Both the position numbers and the translations under genes were made by a program. A stretch of DNA of 64,000 bases from Macrostomum lignano. Taxonomy: Eukaryota. The notes below the pieces were generated by a model that saw nothing but the letters and a program-made list of their open reading frames with translations, did no database searches and was not told where the DNA came from. The DNA is taken from contig NIVC01003228.1 in assembly GCA_002269645.1 (NCBI GenBank), positions 45,797 through 109,796 on the forward strand, written 5' to 3'. Below, piece by piece: positions 22,323-35,779 of the stretch; position 1 is the first letter of the stretch; every line of letters begins with the position of its first letter.

Positions 22323-24605
22323 TCAGTCTGTTTTTCTTAGGTCTGTCATAGTGTCTGTCATAGTGTCTGTCTTAGTGTCTGTCATAGTGTCTGTCTTAGT
22401 GTCTGTCATAGTGTCTGTCATAGTGTCTGTCATAGTGTCTGTCATAGTGTCTGTCATAGTGTCTGTCATAGTGTCTGTGTTACTGTCTGTCAGAGTTTCT
22501 GTCATAGTGTCTGTCATAGTTTCTGTCATAGTGTCTGTCATAGTGTCTGTCTTAGTGTCTGTCATAGCGTCTGTCATAGTGTCTGTCTTAGTGTCTGTCA
22601 TAGTGTCTGTCATAGTGTCTGTCATAGTGTCTGTCATAGTGTCTGTCATAGTGTCTGTCATAGTGTGTCTGTCATAGTGTCTGTCATAGTGTCTGTCATA
22701 GTGTCTGTCATAGTGTCTGTCATAGTGTCTGTCATAGTGTCTGTCATAGTGTCTGTCATAGTGTCTGTCATAGTGTCTGTCATAGTGTCTGTCATAGTGT
22801 CTGTCATAGTGTCTGTCATAGTGTCTGTCATAGTGTCTGTCATAGTGTCTGTCATAGTGTCTGTCTTAGTGTCTGTCATAGTGTCTGTCTTAGTGTCTGT
22901 CATAGTGTCTGTCTTAGTGTCTGTCTTAGTGTCTGTCTTAGTGTCTGTCTTAGTGTCTGTCTTAGTGTCTGTCTTAGTGTCTGTCTTAGTGTCTGTCATA
23001 GTGTCTGTCTTAGTGTCTGTCTTAGGTCTGTCATAGTGTCTGTCATAGTGTCTGTCATAGTGTCTGTCATAGTGTCTGTCTTAGTGTCTGTCTTAGTGTC
23101 TGTCTTAGTGTCTGTCATAGTGTCTGTCTTAGTGTCTCTCTTAGTGTCTGTCTTAGTGTCTGTCATAGTGTCTGTCATAGTGTCTGTCTTAGTGTCTGTG
23201 TTACTGTCTGTCATAGTTTCTGTCATAGTGTCTGTCATAGTGTCTGTCTTAGTGTCTGTCTTAGTGTCTGTCATAGTGTCTGTCATAGTGTCTGTCATAG
23301 TGTCTGTCATAGTGTCTGTCTTAGTGTCTGTCATAGTGTCTGTCATAGTGTCTGTCATAGTGTCTGTCATAGTGTCTGTCATAGTGTCTGTCTTAGTGTC
23401 TGTCATAGTGTCTGTCATAGTGTCTGTCATAGTGTCTGTCTTAGCGTCTGTCTTAGTGTCTGTCATAGTGTCTGTCATAGTGTCTGTCATAGTGTCTGTC
23501 TTAGTGTCTGTCATAGTGTCTGTCATAGTGTCTGTCATAGTGTCTGTCATAGTGTCTTTCATAGTGTCTGTCATAGTGTCTGTCATAGTGTCTGTCATAG
23601 TGTCTGTCATAGTGTCTGTCTTAGTGTCTGTCATAGTGTCTGTGTTACTGTCTGTCATAGTTTCTGTCATAGTGTCTGTCATAGTTTCTGTCATAGTGTC
23701 TGTCATAGTGTCTGTCATAGTGTCTGTCTTAGTGTCTGTCATAGTGTCTGTCATAGTGTCTGTCATAGTGTCTGTGTTACTGTCTGTCATAGTTTCTGTC
23801 ATAGTGTCTGTCATAGTGTCTGTCATAGTGTCTGTGTTACTGTCTGTCATAGTTTCTGTCATAGTGTCTGTCTTAGTGTCTGTCTTAGTGTCTGTCTTAG
23901 TGTCTGTCATAGTGTCTGTCATAGTGTCTGTCATAGTGTCTATCATAGTGTCTGTCTTAGTGTCTGTCTTAGTGTCTGTCATAGTGTCTGTCATAGTGTC
24001 TGTCATAGTGTCTGTCATAGTGTCTGTCTTAGTGTCTGTCATAGTGTCTGTCATAGTGTCTGTCATAGTGTCTGTCATAGTGTCTGTCATAGTGTCTGTC
24101 ATAGTGTCTGTCATAGTGTCTGTCATAGTGTCTGTCATAGTGTCTGTCTTAGTGTCTGTCATAGTGTCTGTCATAGTGTCTGTCATAGTGTCTGTCATAG
24201 TGTCTGTCATAGTGTCTGTCATAGTGTCTGTCTTAGTGTCTGTCATAGTGTCTGTCATAGTGTCTGTCATAGTGTCTGTCATAGTGTCTGTCATAGTGTC
24301 TGTCATAGTGTCTGTCATAGTGTCTGTCATAGTGTCTGTCATAGTGTCTGTCATAGTGTCTGTCATAGTGTCTGTCATAGTGTCTGTCATAGTGTCTGTC
24401 ATAGTGTCTGTCATAGTGTCTTTCATAGTGTCTGTCATAGTGTCTGTCATAGTGTCTGTCATAGTGTCTGTCATAGTGTCTTTCATAGTGCCTGTCATAG
24501 TGTCTGTCATAGTGTCTGTCATAGTGCCTGTCATAGTGTCTGTCATAGTGTCTGTCATAGTGCCTGTCATAGTGTCTGTCATAGTGTCTGTCATAGTGTC
24601 TGTCT
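22323..24605. repeat. 12-bp satellite (GTGTCTGTCATA / GTGTCTGTCTTA), about 190 units, intronic
   Basis: Seen directly. Related 8-bp and 4-bp repeats at 28318-28535. Confidence 0.98.
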
Positions 24606-24617
24606 AAATTCCCTCAC

Positions 24618-24914
24618 CCAGTTTCGATATGGAGACTCGAATCCGGGACCGCAGCTGCTTCAGCCGGCCCAGCGAGTTCAATGCGTGCTCCGGTCCGCTG
24701 AAGTCGCCGACTGAAACGCGGAGAATGCAGTGGGCGAAGATTTTCTGCCTGTCGGTCTGTACAGAAATATCAATATTTTTGCTACGAAGCCAGTCAGTCA
24801 GCCGGGGCTCTTTACTCTCTACACCGCTGATGGCTTCCAGTCGCTGGGGAGACCCTCGGAGATTCGGTGCAGCATGGATTGTTCGGTAAACACATTGGGG
24901 GCTTGGCCTGCTAG
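24618..24914 (-). CDS. CDK14: Candidate CDK14 N-terminal exon containing [17 protein letters not shown]
   Basis: Resembles the recalled CDK14 N-terminal motif GKMKKLRRTLSESFSRIA. G|GTGAG donor at 24617. The acceptor is uncertain (24914 fits phase; 24756 is an alternative). Confidence 0.6.
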
Positions 24915-25150
24915 CTGTCACATCAAATGATTTGTGTTATCGGGTCACAGAGTTGTGGGCGTATTGCTAGCAGTTCCTGTATCTGTGAGACAGGCCCGCA
25001 GAATTTATAGGATAGTATGAAGGCAGATTTTCAGCCACGGGTAACATTTTATTGCAGGTCCTCTAGCTGTCCTGCCATGCCTAAGATGCGAGTGGAGAAT
25101 AGTTATACTGCCTTTCCAATAACTATTCGCCAGTAACCATGGCAACGCAC

Positions 25151-25439
25151 CCAGTTCCGGCTCGGCCAGCGGTGCCTGCTGCCAGAGGTCTTTGTGCTCA
25201 GCGCTGCGGTAGGACGAGTCCGCCGCAGGATCGACGGCTCCGCAGCCCAGCAACTGGAACTCGTCAGCTGACCGCAGCATCCGCCCGCTGCCGTCGTTGT
25301 TTGTTGAATGTTTGCCGTCAGGCGCAGCCGCCGTGGCCAAGGCGGAGGCAGACAGCAGGTCGCTGGAAGGCCGGCACTTGCGAGCGGAGGCGGTCGTCGT
25401 TGTTGGCAGCTTGCATCGCCGGCCAGCCGACGGCTGCAT
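25151..25439 (-). CDS. Candidate first coding exon of CDK14 (MQPSAGRR...AEPEL)
   Basis: GC-rich ORF with ATG at 25439 and a G|GTGCGT donor, phase 1. No recognisable homology. Confidence 0.45.
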
Positions 25440-26855
25440 CGGCGTATCGCGACCGGCCGACTGAAATTTGGCGTCGGCAGGGGGCACTTCGAGTTTGGCT
25501 TCAAAACAGAGGCACTCACTTTATAAGAAAAGACTGTATTTCGCCCGCCTTGACTCTAGTAGATGGAACTAATTTTATAAGCTATTTCTGTCTCAGTGGT
25601 TCGCTCGGATTTGATCAAGCATATGTTATTTTCAATATTGAAAATCTCTTATAAAGAATTACATGCTTTGAAAATTATTAGGTATTAAAACTACAAAAAA
25701 GTATCTGTGTCTATGAGTATCTTTAAAGTTTAATAGTTCTGTTTCTCTGCTTTTATTTTTTTCTATTCCCAAAAATATATATTTAAATTTTAACATTCAT
25801 GAAATTGGATTAAAATTAAAATAGTTTTATTTTTGAATGATTTTTTATAAGAAACAAATAAAAAAATCAATTAAATTTCGTCCTACTGACTTTGAGAGAA
25901 CGCTGTTGTTTATGAGAAAATCTAATTTGACAAATGTTTGACAAAAATGCGTGCCATTTTTAAAAATAAAGTATGAAATTTGATCATAGACCTTGATGAA
26001 AATCTTAAAGCTTTATGCAGTTAAGGGAAAATCAAACTCATTTCTGTATTCCTGCAATTGTACTACTGCTCTGTCTTACCGTTTTCAAAGAAAAAAAAGC
26101 AAATGCGAATTTCACGCCAGATTCAGTTTAAAAAAAGCTATGAAAAATAAATAAAAAGCAATTTTTTTAAAGTGCGATTAGATTTCTCTGGGTCCATGTT
26201 AAAATTTAATTTAAATGGGCTACGTCATTTCAGCGATGGGCCCGATCGCAGTCTCCGTAAACTTAGTTTAAATTAGTAACATTTATATTACCGACTATCT
26301 TTTAAACAAAAATTAAGACAAACTCTCTTTTGTTTGTAAAACATTGTATTACGCTTTCTAAATTCTTAATTACAGTTTGTTTTTAAATACTTCCTGTAAA
26401 ATAGTGACTCCTACATGTCAGCCTCTAACGTGAGAACAGTTAAGACTTACTAGGATAACGCATACTATGTATTCCTACCATCTACTATAAATTTCTAAAA
26501 ACTAAATTCTTTGTGTCAGCTAGCTAGCTGTTAAAATGATTTTTTCTTCCAAACTCGTACCTGTAAAGTATTTTTTTCAGAGTTGTGCCAAGGACCATGG
26601 ACCAACTGTATACAGTGTACTGTAGCGATCCTTGGATTTTTATACTGTCGGATGGAATAATTTGTATTTGTTCTACGCGATTCCTTCATTCGTATATAGC
26701 TGAAATTATTTTACTTCTTAGAAAAAATTTATGGATTTTTTATGTCTCTGCAGGATATAATAGCGCATGATTGACCTACAAATGCATAGTTGGCATGCAT
26801 GTCATATACTTCTAATAACATCATCATGTACATCTGCAATTTGCGATGTTTGTAA

Positions 26856-27295
26856 CAGGCGCATCGCCACCGGGGGACAGGGGGAACATGCCCCCCCAGT
26901 AAAAGCTATGGGGGGACATGCCAACAATGCTTTGTCCCCCCCCCCCCCTTGTGACCCGTTGTGGTAATCAATAATTTTTCTTCAGGGCGTCAAAATATAG
27001 CACCTTCGGCGCCAAAATGAGTGCTTGCGGCGCCAAAAGGAATGCCTGCGGCGCCAAAAGGAATGCCTTCGGCGCTAAAATGAGTGCCTGTGGCGCAAAA
27101 ATGAGTTCCTGTGGCGCTAAAATGAGTGCCTGCGGCGCAAAAACGAGTGCCTGCGGCGCCAAAATGAGTACCCGGGGCGCCAAAATGAGCGCTGACAACT
27201 CGATTCTCAAAATAATGTCATCTAGGAATTTAGTCATGTACATGTTGAATTCTTGGCTTTGTCCCCGCCACCATAAATTCATGGCGACGCCCCTG
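26856..27295. mobile_element. MITE-like element with imperfect CAGG(G)GCG..CGCCA ends and an internal 21-bp repeat (27006-27190)
   Basis: Imperfect TIRs. No TSD found. Confidence 0.5.
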
Positions 27296-28435
27296 CTAGG
27301 TGATATATTAAGGAATTATAGCCAATAGAAAAAAAGCGTTCAAAATTCAAAATTCAGTTTAAGTATTCAGAATGTGCCATGCTGCCCATACTACTGAAAG
27401 TGTAGTGGTTGCACATGTAAATCAACATGACGATCGATCGAACTAAATGCAAATCTCTAGAAACCCTGGCGCAACGCATTCGACGACATCGAGGCGATTC
27501 CGCTCACTCCTGAGCACATACAAGCACGCCAAATACAGCGCGTCAGGCATGGGGTTGGCCAGCTTCATGGGTGTGAATCTGGCCAATTTACCGAGCCCCA
27601 AAGCCTGAATCAAACTGGATTTCGCAGAGCGCGAGAGTCCGGCGCGTTACCGCTACACTGACTGCGCCCCATTTGATTCCAAAATTCAATAGAGATTAGA
27701 GTTTTGCCAATTTGCAGTGTGCCGGCAAAATATGAAAAACCAAACAAGGATCTGCACGAAGATTTCTGAGCGAGCTTGAGACATTCAAATTTAGCGCACC
27801 AGACTGCTGACAGGTCTTTGTCCCGTCCACAGGTCGGACACATCTATCTATTCATAGAGAATTGTCTCTGCTCTCTCTCGCCCAAATTGGGATTTCTTCC
27901 CTCGGGATTTCTGTTATGGAAGCCGTTTCAAATGAAACTGAGGCTTCTCTTCTCCGTCATCCCATCATGCGCGCAGCTGATTCGCCGAGCGTTGCCAAGG
28001 GGAAGCGAAGGAATCGCTGTTGAACAATCGGGGGAAGCCAAGTGAGGCAAACAGCGGCTGTCTGTCCGCGGGGAGTCGCTTGGGTGGATCGCACCTGCTG
28101 AAGAATGAGTGCTGCTCGAGAGCCGACTAATTGAATGCTTGTTACGGCCAGGGCGATAGGCGGGCAGTGAGTTAATAGGAAGAAGTTGGAGGCGTTGAGT
28201 TGAGCAGCCAGCATGAAACCTGTTGAGAGTAGGCGATTGGCACGCGGCCAAGTTGCTCTCCTTTGCAACTAGCAACAATGTCCGTGGAATCACTGGTCCT
28301 TTAGGTGGATTTCTTTGCCTGTCTGTCTGTCTGTCTTAGTGTCTTAGTGTCTTAGTGTCTTAGTGTCTTAGTGTCTTAGTGTCTTAGTGTCTTAGTGTCT
28401 TAGTGTCTTAGTGTCTGTCTGTCTGTCTGTCTTAG

Positions 28436-28522
<87 letters not shown>

Positions 28523-29376
28523 TAGTGTCCGTCTGTCTACCTGTCTATATATATTAAATACCAAACTACATAACCTAAATAAAGTCAGTTCAGTTTTTAC
28601 AGTGAAATTATATTGATCAGTGAAACTGCTTGTGCATAGTATATATAGTTCGTACATATAACGTGTGCAACAGCTATGTAACAAAAACAGGTCACAATAA
28701 TCTTGCGCTCAAAACGATATACAGACGCAAAGTAGACAATTAAATGATCGCATGCCATTAAAATAAGCCAGAAGCAGCACAAAATGCAAGCGAGAAGAAC
28801 TGTACACAGATTTGTCATGGATTGGGCTGGCCAAGGTGAGCTAATTAGTGCTAATAACGCGCACAATTATCAGCACAGCTAAACAACAATGTAAGAAAAA
28901 AACAAGCATAGGAAAAATAACTCTTAGCATATAAACTGCGCGAGTCCAAAAGTTGCTTGCAGTGTCAGGACTTCGGATCGAATGATTGCCCGGGGGGCCG
29001 CGTGCAGGTGCATCGGCAGGCGGGCAGGTGAGTCATGCGCAACCTTAAATTGCAGGTGAGAAATGCGGAATTCTTTGCAGCGCTGTGAATGCTCAATTAG
29101 CACTTCAATAGCCTCGCGATTGTTTAATCTGCAGCGTCTCTATAGCCGTGATTTGCGCGGCTCCTCACTAATGCTGTATGATTTAGCTTACTATTGTATT
29201 GCTTTCTGACTGGCCAAGACAGTTGCTATGGTCAACCATCTGCCCATCTGCTTTATTTGTCCTTATGGTTTGTTTGATTCTTGTTGCTCACCTGCAACGA
29301 ATATTTACAGCTTCAATAGGAGCCTATTAGTGGCATCAGAGTGCATGGCGCTACATCACCCGACCCTGCAGCCTCC

Positions 29377-30934
29377 CTACAGGGCCGGCCACGTGGACCA
29401 GGCGCTGTGGTGAGCGGCAGATGAGGGTGTGCAGCCCATCGACGGATGCTGATGAGCGGAGAACACCAGCGGCTCTGCAATGTAGCGGATGGAATGGCTT
29501 TTGTATGCATCATGCCTCACACTGCCTCCTCTGGCGCCCCCACTGTCTCCTCTGGCGCCCCCACTGTCTCCTCTGGCGCCCCCACTGTCTCCTCTGGCGC
29601 CCCCACTGTCTCCTCTGGCGCCCCCACTGTCTCCTCTGGCGCCCCCACTGTCTCCTCTGGCGCCCCCACTGTCTCCTCTGGCGCCCTCACTGTCTCCTCT
29701 GGCGCCCCCACTGTCTCCTCTGGCGCCCCCACTGTCTCCTCTGGCGCCCCCACTGTCTCCTCTGGCGCCCCCACTGTCTCCTCTGGCGCCCCCACTGTCT
29801 CCTCTGGCGCCCTCACTGTCTCCTCTGGCGCCCCACTGTCTCCTCTGGCGCCCCCACTGTCTCCTCTGGCGCCCCCACTGTCTCCTCTGGCGCCCCCACT
29901 GTCTCCTCTGGCGCCCCCACTGTCTCCTCTGGCGCCCTCACTGTCTCCTCTGGCGCCCCCACTGTCTCCTCTGGCGCCCCCACTGTCTCCTCTGGCGCCC
30001 TCACTGTCTCCTCTGGCGCCCTCACTGTCTCCTCTGGCGCCCTCACTGTCTCCTCTGGCGCCCCCACGGTCTCCTCTGGCGCCCCCACTGTCTCCCTGAC
30101 TCTCCCAACAGTCTCCTTCGCGCAGTCTGCACCGCAGTTTCCCCGCTCACCTCCGTAAAACCCGTCGCTGCCGTAGCAGCCGCTGCTGCTGCCGCTGTAG
30201 CCTCCGCCGCAACCGACGCTGCCGCTGCTGCCAGCGGAGCAGCCGCACTGCCGCATGGGAGACGGCGACTCCGGCTCCTCCGACAGGCGGAACCGGCCGC
30301 CATCGTCTTCGAACTCGTCGTCAACGAAGTCTTCGACGGCGGCGGCGGTGGCGGAGTTGTCCATCCGGGAATCGTCTTCCAGCAGCAGCCGCAGGTCCGG
30401 CAGGCAGTCGCCGTGCTGTGGCGGCTGCTGCGGCTGCTGCCAGGCGTTGCCATAGCAACAATCGGCGGCAGTCAACTCAGCCGGGCTACAATTGGCGGAG
30501 ACTGTGGCCACTTCGGCGGGTGCGGTGGCAGCAGCGGCGGCTGCGGCATCGTCGGCTCGAAGCAGAGCGGCCAGCTCGGCTATGTAGGCAGCCGCGGTGC
30601 GCAGAACCTGCACTTTGCTGAGCCGGCGTCGCTCCTTCGCGCTGCCGCCACCGCTGGGCGCCGGCGAAGCAGTGGCCGCTGCTGCCGCTGCCGCCGCCGC
30701 GGCAGACGCCGACGCGGGCGGAAGGCTGGCCCGCAGCGCCGCGAAGGTGCGGTTGATGAGGCGGATTCGGTTCCGCTCGCGCTCGTTGCGCCTCTGCACC
30801 GTGCTGGTCTGCGGCTTCTGGGCGGCGAACTTGCCGTTGACGAACTGCAGCTTCCGCCGGCACGGCTCGTTGGTGTAGGCGACCGTCACCCTGGCCGGCT
30901 GCTGCTGCTGCGGCTTCTTTCTGTCTAGGGCCAT
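29377..30934 (-). CDS. Ascl: Achaete-scute family (Ascl group A) proneural bHLH factor, 2 exons (30934-30151, 29474-29377), about 293 aa
   Basis: CRRKLQF pre-basic motif, VQRRNERERNRIRLINRTFAALR and SKVQVLRTAAAYIAEL. G|GTGAGC donor at 30150 and CATTGCAG acceptor at 29475 give the in-frame tail EPLVFS...AWSTWPAL*. Confidence 0.88.
29526..30100. repeat. 21-bp minisatellite (CCCCACTGTCTCCTCTGGCGC) filling the Ascl intron
   Basis: About 27 units. Confidence 0.95.
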
Positions 30935-31019
30935 TGCTGCTTCTGTCTTGCTGGGGTATCGGGGGCAGAGAAAGGAAACTTCAAGAATTGGAGCTGTGGG
31001 AGAGTTTTCCGGTCAGCCT

Positions 31020-31115
31020 CTGCTTTTATTTCCTTCTCTTATTTCTCCTGCTTGAGCTGGGAGTTTGCGCGCAGCCAATGGCAGGGTGAGCAGCGGGCCG
31101 GCTCTCATTGGCTCG
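31020..31115 (-). promoter_or_regulatory. Candidate Ascl core promoter: two oppositely oriented CCAAT boxes and an AATAAAA TATA-like element
   Basis: GCCAATG near 31075, CATTGGC near 31106, TTTTATT near 31024, about 90-170 bp upstream of the ATG. Confidence 0.4.
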
Positions 31116-31369
31116 CCACAGTCGGACAGCTCACTGGGGCCTTTCCGGATCGGAGCTCCGACTGGAGCCTTGATTTAACAATCTTCTGTTTATTTTATCA
31201 TGATTTGCGCATTCGAATGAAACTCTGCTGGTCCAAGTATTGCGCAACAGTCTAACAGAATCTTCCGTTTTCACTACGAGTATTATGTATGGGTTTGATT
31301 TGATCATCTTAGTCGGATCTGTGGACACTGGCGCGAGTCGGAATTGCCAAAAGGCCAAAAGTCAGAAGT

Positions 31370-31467
31370 GCGCACAGTCAGACCAGAAGCGCGCACAGTC
31401 AGACCAGAAGCGCGCCCAGTCAGACCAGAAGCGCGCCCAGTCAGACCAGAAGCGCGCTCAGTCAGAT
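31370..31467. repeat. 21-bp repeat (CAGTCAGACCAGAAGCGCGCC)
   Basis: About 4.5 copies. Confidence 0.9.
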
Positions 31468-32049
31468 TTAAAAGCCAGCGCCATTTGGCACTGCCGCAAG
31501 CCTTGCAGAAGCTTCAAATCAGTCAAATCGGCGGCAAAATGACGGGACAAATATTGACCAGAAATTCTGTGCAGAAACTGTCAGGCTGAGGACACGCGAG
31601 ATGGCTTGGAAATCAGCGTGCGATTGAATTGGGGGGGGGGGTGAGCTGCTCCGAATTGCATGATATCTTTCATAGGGTGGGGCAGACAGATTCCATTGTT
31701 TGCGGTGTCAAGATCTCCTATAACTTTCTCTCTTCTCTCGCACACATCCAACTTTTTGCTTTTGGAAGCAGAGATGATGCAATCAATAATAACAATGGAC
31801 CGCGATGATATAAAAGGCGGCCACCGTTCGTGCTAAGGGCCACAGGGCTCAATTGGACTGCAAATATTGCACTGTACGTTGCGTCACCCGAGCTTGCACG
31901 CATGCAGGAGAGTGCAGGAGGGACTGGAGCTGGCATGGGCTGTCCATGGGCTCTGAAACTGAAAAAACTGAGCTGAGAAATGCAGAGTTGAACAGGCATG
32001 ACGCATTGAGATTGCGAGACCTGAGAGTGAGAGATGACGGGTCAGAGGC

Positions 32050-32430
32050 GATGAGATTAAGGGGTGAGAAGGTGAGATGAAGAGGGTGAGAGTTGTGAGA
32101 TGAAGGGGTGAGAGTTGTGAGATGAAGGGGTGAGAGACGTGAGATGAAGGATGAGGGGGTAAGATGAAGGGGGAGAGAGCAGAGAGGGAGAGAGATGAAG
32201 GGAGTGAGGGTGGTTAGATGAAGGGGGAGAGAGCAGAGAGGGAGAGAGAGGAGAGAGGGGTTAGATGAAGGGGGTGAGAGAGCAGAGAGGGGAGAGATGA
32301 AGGGAGTGAGGGTGGTTAGATGAAGGGGGAGAGAGCAGAGAGGGAGAGAGAGGAGAGAGGGGTTAGATGAAGGGGGTGAGAGAGCAGAGAGGGGAGAGAC
32401 AGAGAGAGGGGGGAGAGGGAGAGAGATTAG
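32050..32430. repeat. GA-rich low-complexity repeat
   Basis: Seen directly. Confidence 0.85.
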
Positions 32431-33494
32431 AGATTAGAGGCGAATATTTTGGGGGTATGTGAGACATTGCCGGAAGAAATAAGAAATATTAGAATAAAAT
32501 GAAATAAAATGAAGATTCTTGTGCTGAGAACCGGCCTTGGTTGTGCAAAGTTGCAGCCAAAATTTTCAATCTTCTGTATGAAACAAATGCAATCCATCAA
32601 GAGTGTTTTCTCTGTTTTTGACTATGCTCGTATTTAAAGGATCATTTATCGGGCGTCTCAGTGAGCATGGAGTAGAGCCCTCCGCTAGTTGCTGCAGTTG
32701 CCATGCGCCATTGGGGCCCAACGTGTCGAACCGGCATGGCGGCAGGCGCTGTGCTGGTGATGCGAAGGCAAACCGCAGCTTTGACTCTGCTCAAAACTCT
32801 GCTCAAAATTGAGCTCTTTACGACCGGGAGGAGGGCAGTCAGCCTGCACGCAGTGAGAATCTCCATAAAGCTTAATCGACTCAAAGTGTTTTTGAGTATC
32901 CGAGGCATTAATTGAGCCGGTAGCGACGTGGCATGCGAGACCAATAAAACTGAGCTCAGTTTTACAATCTGCTCCCCCGGTTGTCCTCAGGGTTGTCCTT
33001 AAAACACATCCCCCAACACACCGGCCCTGACCCGAGGCCCCGGGTCATAAACCGGATGGATGGAGGGCTATTATGGAAATGAAAGTGGAGTGTTGGGCCG
33101 TGAGTGGGCGGGGCTCGAGCTCAGGAGCTGCTGCGCCGCAGCGGGTCAGATTCACATGGAAGCCACTCAGCTCGCATGCCAGTCAATCAGTTCCTTGCAC
33201 GGTCATTTTTTCTGACCTTTCCACACACTGCAGACTGTTATTAGCGGTTACCTGCGTTCTTCACCAGCATCACACCTTAAGTGTTTTTTCCTGTGCAGCT
33301 TCCAGTTAATCTGTTGCAAACTCCATTAAAGTAAAAGTTCTTCATCCAATTTTTATCTCTATAGCCAGTCTCACCCGTGTGCTCCATTTTAATTAATTAA
33401 CATCATTACACTCCTACTCACCCTTTCTACCCTCTTGCTACCTTCGTTACACTCCTAATTACCCACTTTAACCTTATTTATACAATTTTTGCCC

Positions 33495-33812
33495 ACTTTA
33501 CCCTCCTCTATACAACAATACCCTCCTCTATACAACAATACCCTCCTCTTTACAACAATACCCTCCTCTATACAACAATACCCTCCTCTATACAACAATA
33601 CCCTCCTCTATACAACAATACCCTCCTCTATACAACATTTACCCTCCTCTATAGAACAATACCCTCCTCTATACAACAATACCCTCCTCTATACAAAATT
33701 TACCCTCCTCTATACAACAATACCCTCCTCTATACAACTATACCCTCCTCTATACAACAATACCCTCCTCTATACAACATTTACCTTCCTCTATGAAACC
33801 TTTACCCTCCTC
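33495..33812. repeat. 20-bp minisatellite (ACCCTCCTCTATACAACAAT)
   Basis: About 15 units. Confidence 0.92.
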
Positions 33813-34889
33813 TAAACAATATTCACTAAATATTAGACACATCTCCCATTCTATCTTTTCTCTTCCATTTTTTGTGTCCGCCTCCATCAAGGTTTCCAAT
33901 CCACTGAACAATTTATTCAGCCCCCCAGGTCTCCGGGAGTTTGCCTGCAGGTCACAGAAAGACAATATAATTTTGCCTGTTGCCCCCTAACAACAACTGA
34001 TGCCATCCGACTGAGCAGGACAAAGCGAACTCAGGGGACTGTGAGCTCGTTTCGATAAAACTTCATTTTTATGCACCCGAAGAAGGCAATGGGAACGATT
34101 AGACCAGTAGGGAGGGGTGGGGGTAATTAAAAAATCAAGGATGGGCTACAGGCTTGAAATATGGGATACTGCGAGACCCCTCCCCCGCTCAGAGTAATAA
34201 ATGAAATTTGTGGCTGCAGAGCAGCACACCGGAGGGTGCTGCCATAGACTGCTGGGCTGTATACCAGCTTAATTGGCAACTGCTTAACGACTTTGGCCTC
34301 AGCTGCCTCAGGACTCGGACTGCACGAGAATAATGCAGAGACGGGAAGAAGGAGGCTGAGAGTTCTCTAAGCCCCCCGGGAAGGTCTTAAAACATTTTAT
34401 CACCTTCTCCTGTTTCTCCAAGGAGCTGATCGGCGCCACACCGCCAGGATAAGCGAGGTGGCAATATTACAGTGGTAACCGAACTTCTTCTTGAGGGGAG
34501 AAAACTCCCCTTCTAATGCTCCCCTGTTGAAACCCTTCAATCAGCGAAGGTGGGAAGAGGTATGTTTGTCCCCTCGAAGTCTGTCTGTCTGTCCCATAAT
34601 TTTCTCACACATTAACTCAGTTCTACACCGTGCAGCAGAAACTCCATTCTGCCTCTTCTAAAAGCAAATTGCTTTCACGATATTCTACAACAATTTTATC
34701 CCATGGTTACTCAAAATATTTGGAATCGAAATTGCTGCTTGCGAATGAAAGTTAATTATAGGCAACAGAAAGCAGGGCCTGTGTTTGTAGACAGCGGAGG
34801 AAGTTTGTGTGAAAGTTATATGGCAACACAGCGAAACCGTTATGAGCACGAGTACGGTAACTAAGGAAGCCAATGCTGAGTTCATGGGG

Positions 34890-35126
34890 CAGCTAATGCT
34901 GAGCTAATGCTGAGCTAATGCTGAGCTAATGCTGAGCTAATGCTGAGCTAATGCTGAGCTAATGCTGAGCTAATGCTGAGCTAGTGAGGCAGCTACTGCT
35001 GAGCTAATGAGGCAGCTAATGCTGAGGTAATGAGGCAGCTAATGCTGAGCTAGTGAGGCAGCTAATGCTGAGCTAATGAGGCAGCTAATGCTGAGCTACT
35101 GATGCTAAGCCAAAGCTAATGCTGAG
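34890..35126. repeat. 11-bp repeat (GCTAATGCTGA)
   Basis: Seen directly. Confidence 0.9.
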
Positions 35127-35779
35127 CAGTTTTGACTGACTAGCTGACTAAACCTGATCAGGCAAGCCACTCAATCCGATTTTCAAGCTCCCGCAGTGTC
35201 CCTCAAACTTCCAGGTCGCCTCAGAAGCATCTCCAGCTAAAGCATCTGATATTGGACAACACCAGAGACCCGTCCCCAGTCTCAGCAGTGGACAGCGGAT
35301 GCCGGGCAGGCTGCATAGCAGGCAAATCAGGCAATCAACCCTCTGAGCCTAATAACACTGCCACGGGGCTTCATTTTTCCTTCGCTTTTCATAACGCTTC
35401 AGTGTGCTGTGATCTCCCAGCTCTTCTGCTCCGGATCTCTGAGACTCTCAACAGTTTTGAGCAGGGGCTCCGCTACCCTGCCTCACTCTTTGATCCTTGG
35501 CACGTTGACAAAACTCCAAAGCCTATAGAAGAAGACTTCAGCAATGATTAGTTTAATAGAATAGAAAAGAAAACTTTGTTTTGGCATTTTTCCGAAATTT
35601 CTTGTCTCTGCTTTTGCTGACGCAATGCGAGTTGTAGCTGAAAAAGAGAGGGGGCGATGCCGTTGAAACTTGTGCAAACACAAAGCGTTACGAAGCCCTG
35701 TTATCTATTGGTATGGCATGAATGGCCTTTGGCTGTGCATTTTAAAGACATTTCTGCAAAGAATCCTTTAAAGAATGGG

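Noticed and set aside
22323-24607. Long ORFs (TDTM)n / (VSVI)n, superficially like ice-binding or mucin proteins
   Set aside because: By-product of a stop-free 12-bp satellite in an intron. Open on both strands, with no unique coding flanks.
29517-30120. (GAPEETV)n as the Ascl C-terminus
   Set aside because: A strong donor precedes it and an in-phase acceptor follows it, so it is most likely intron.
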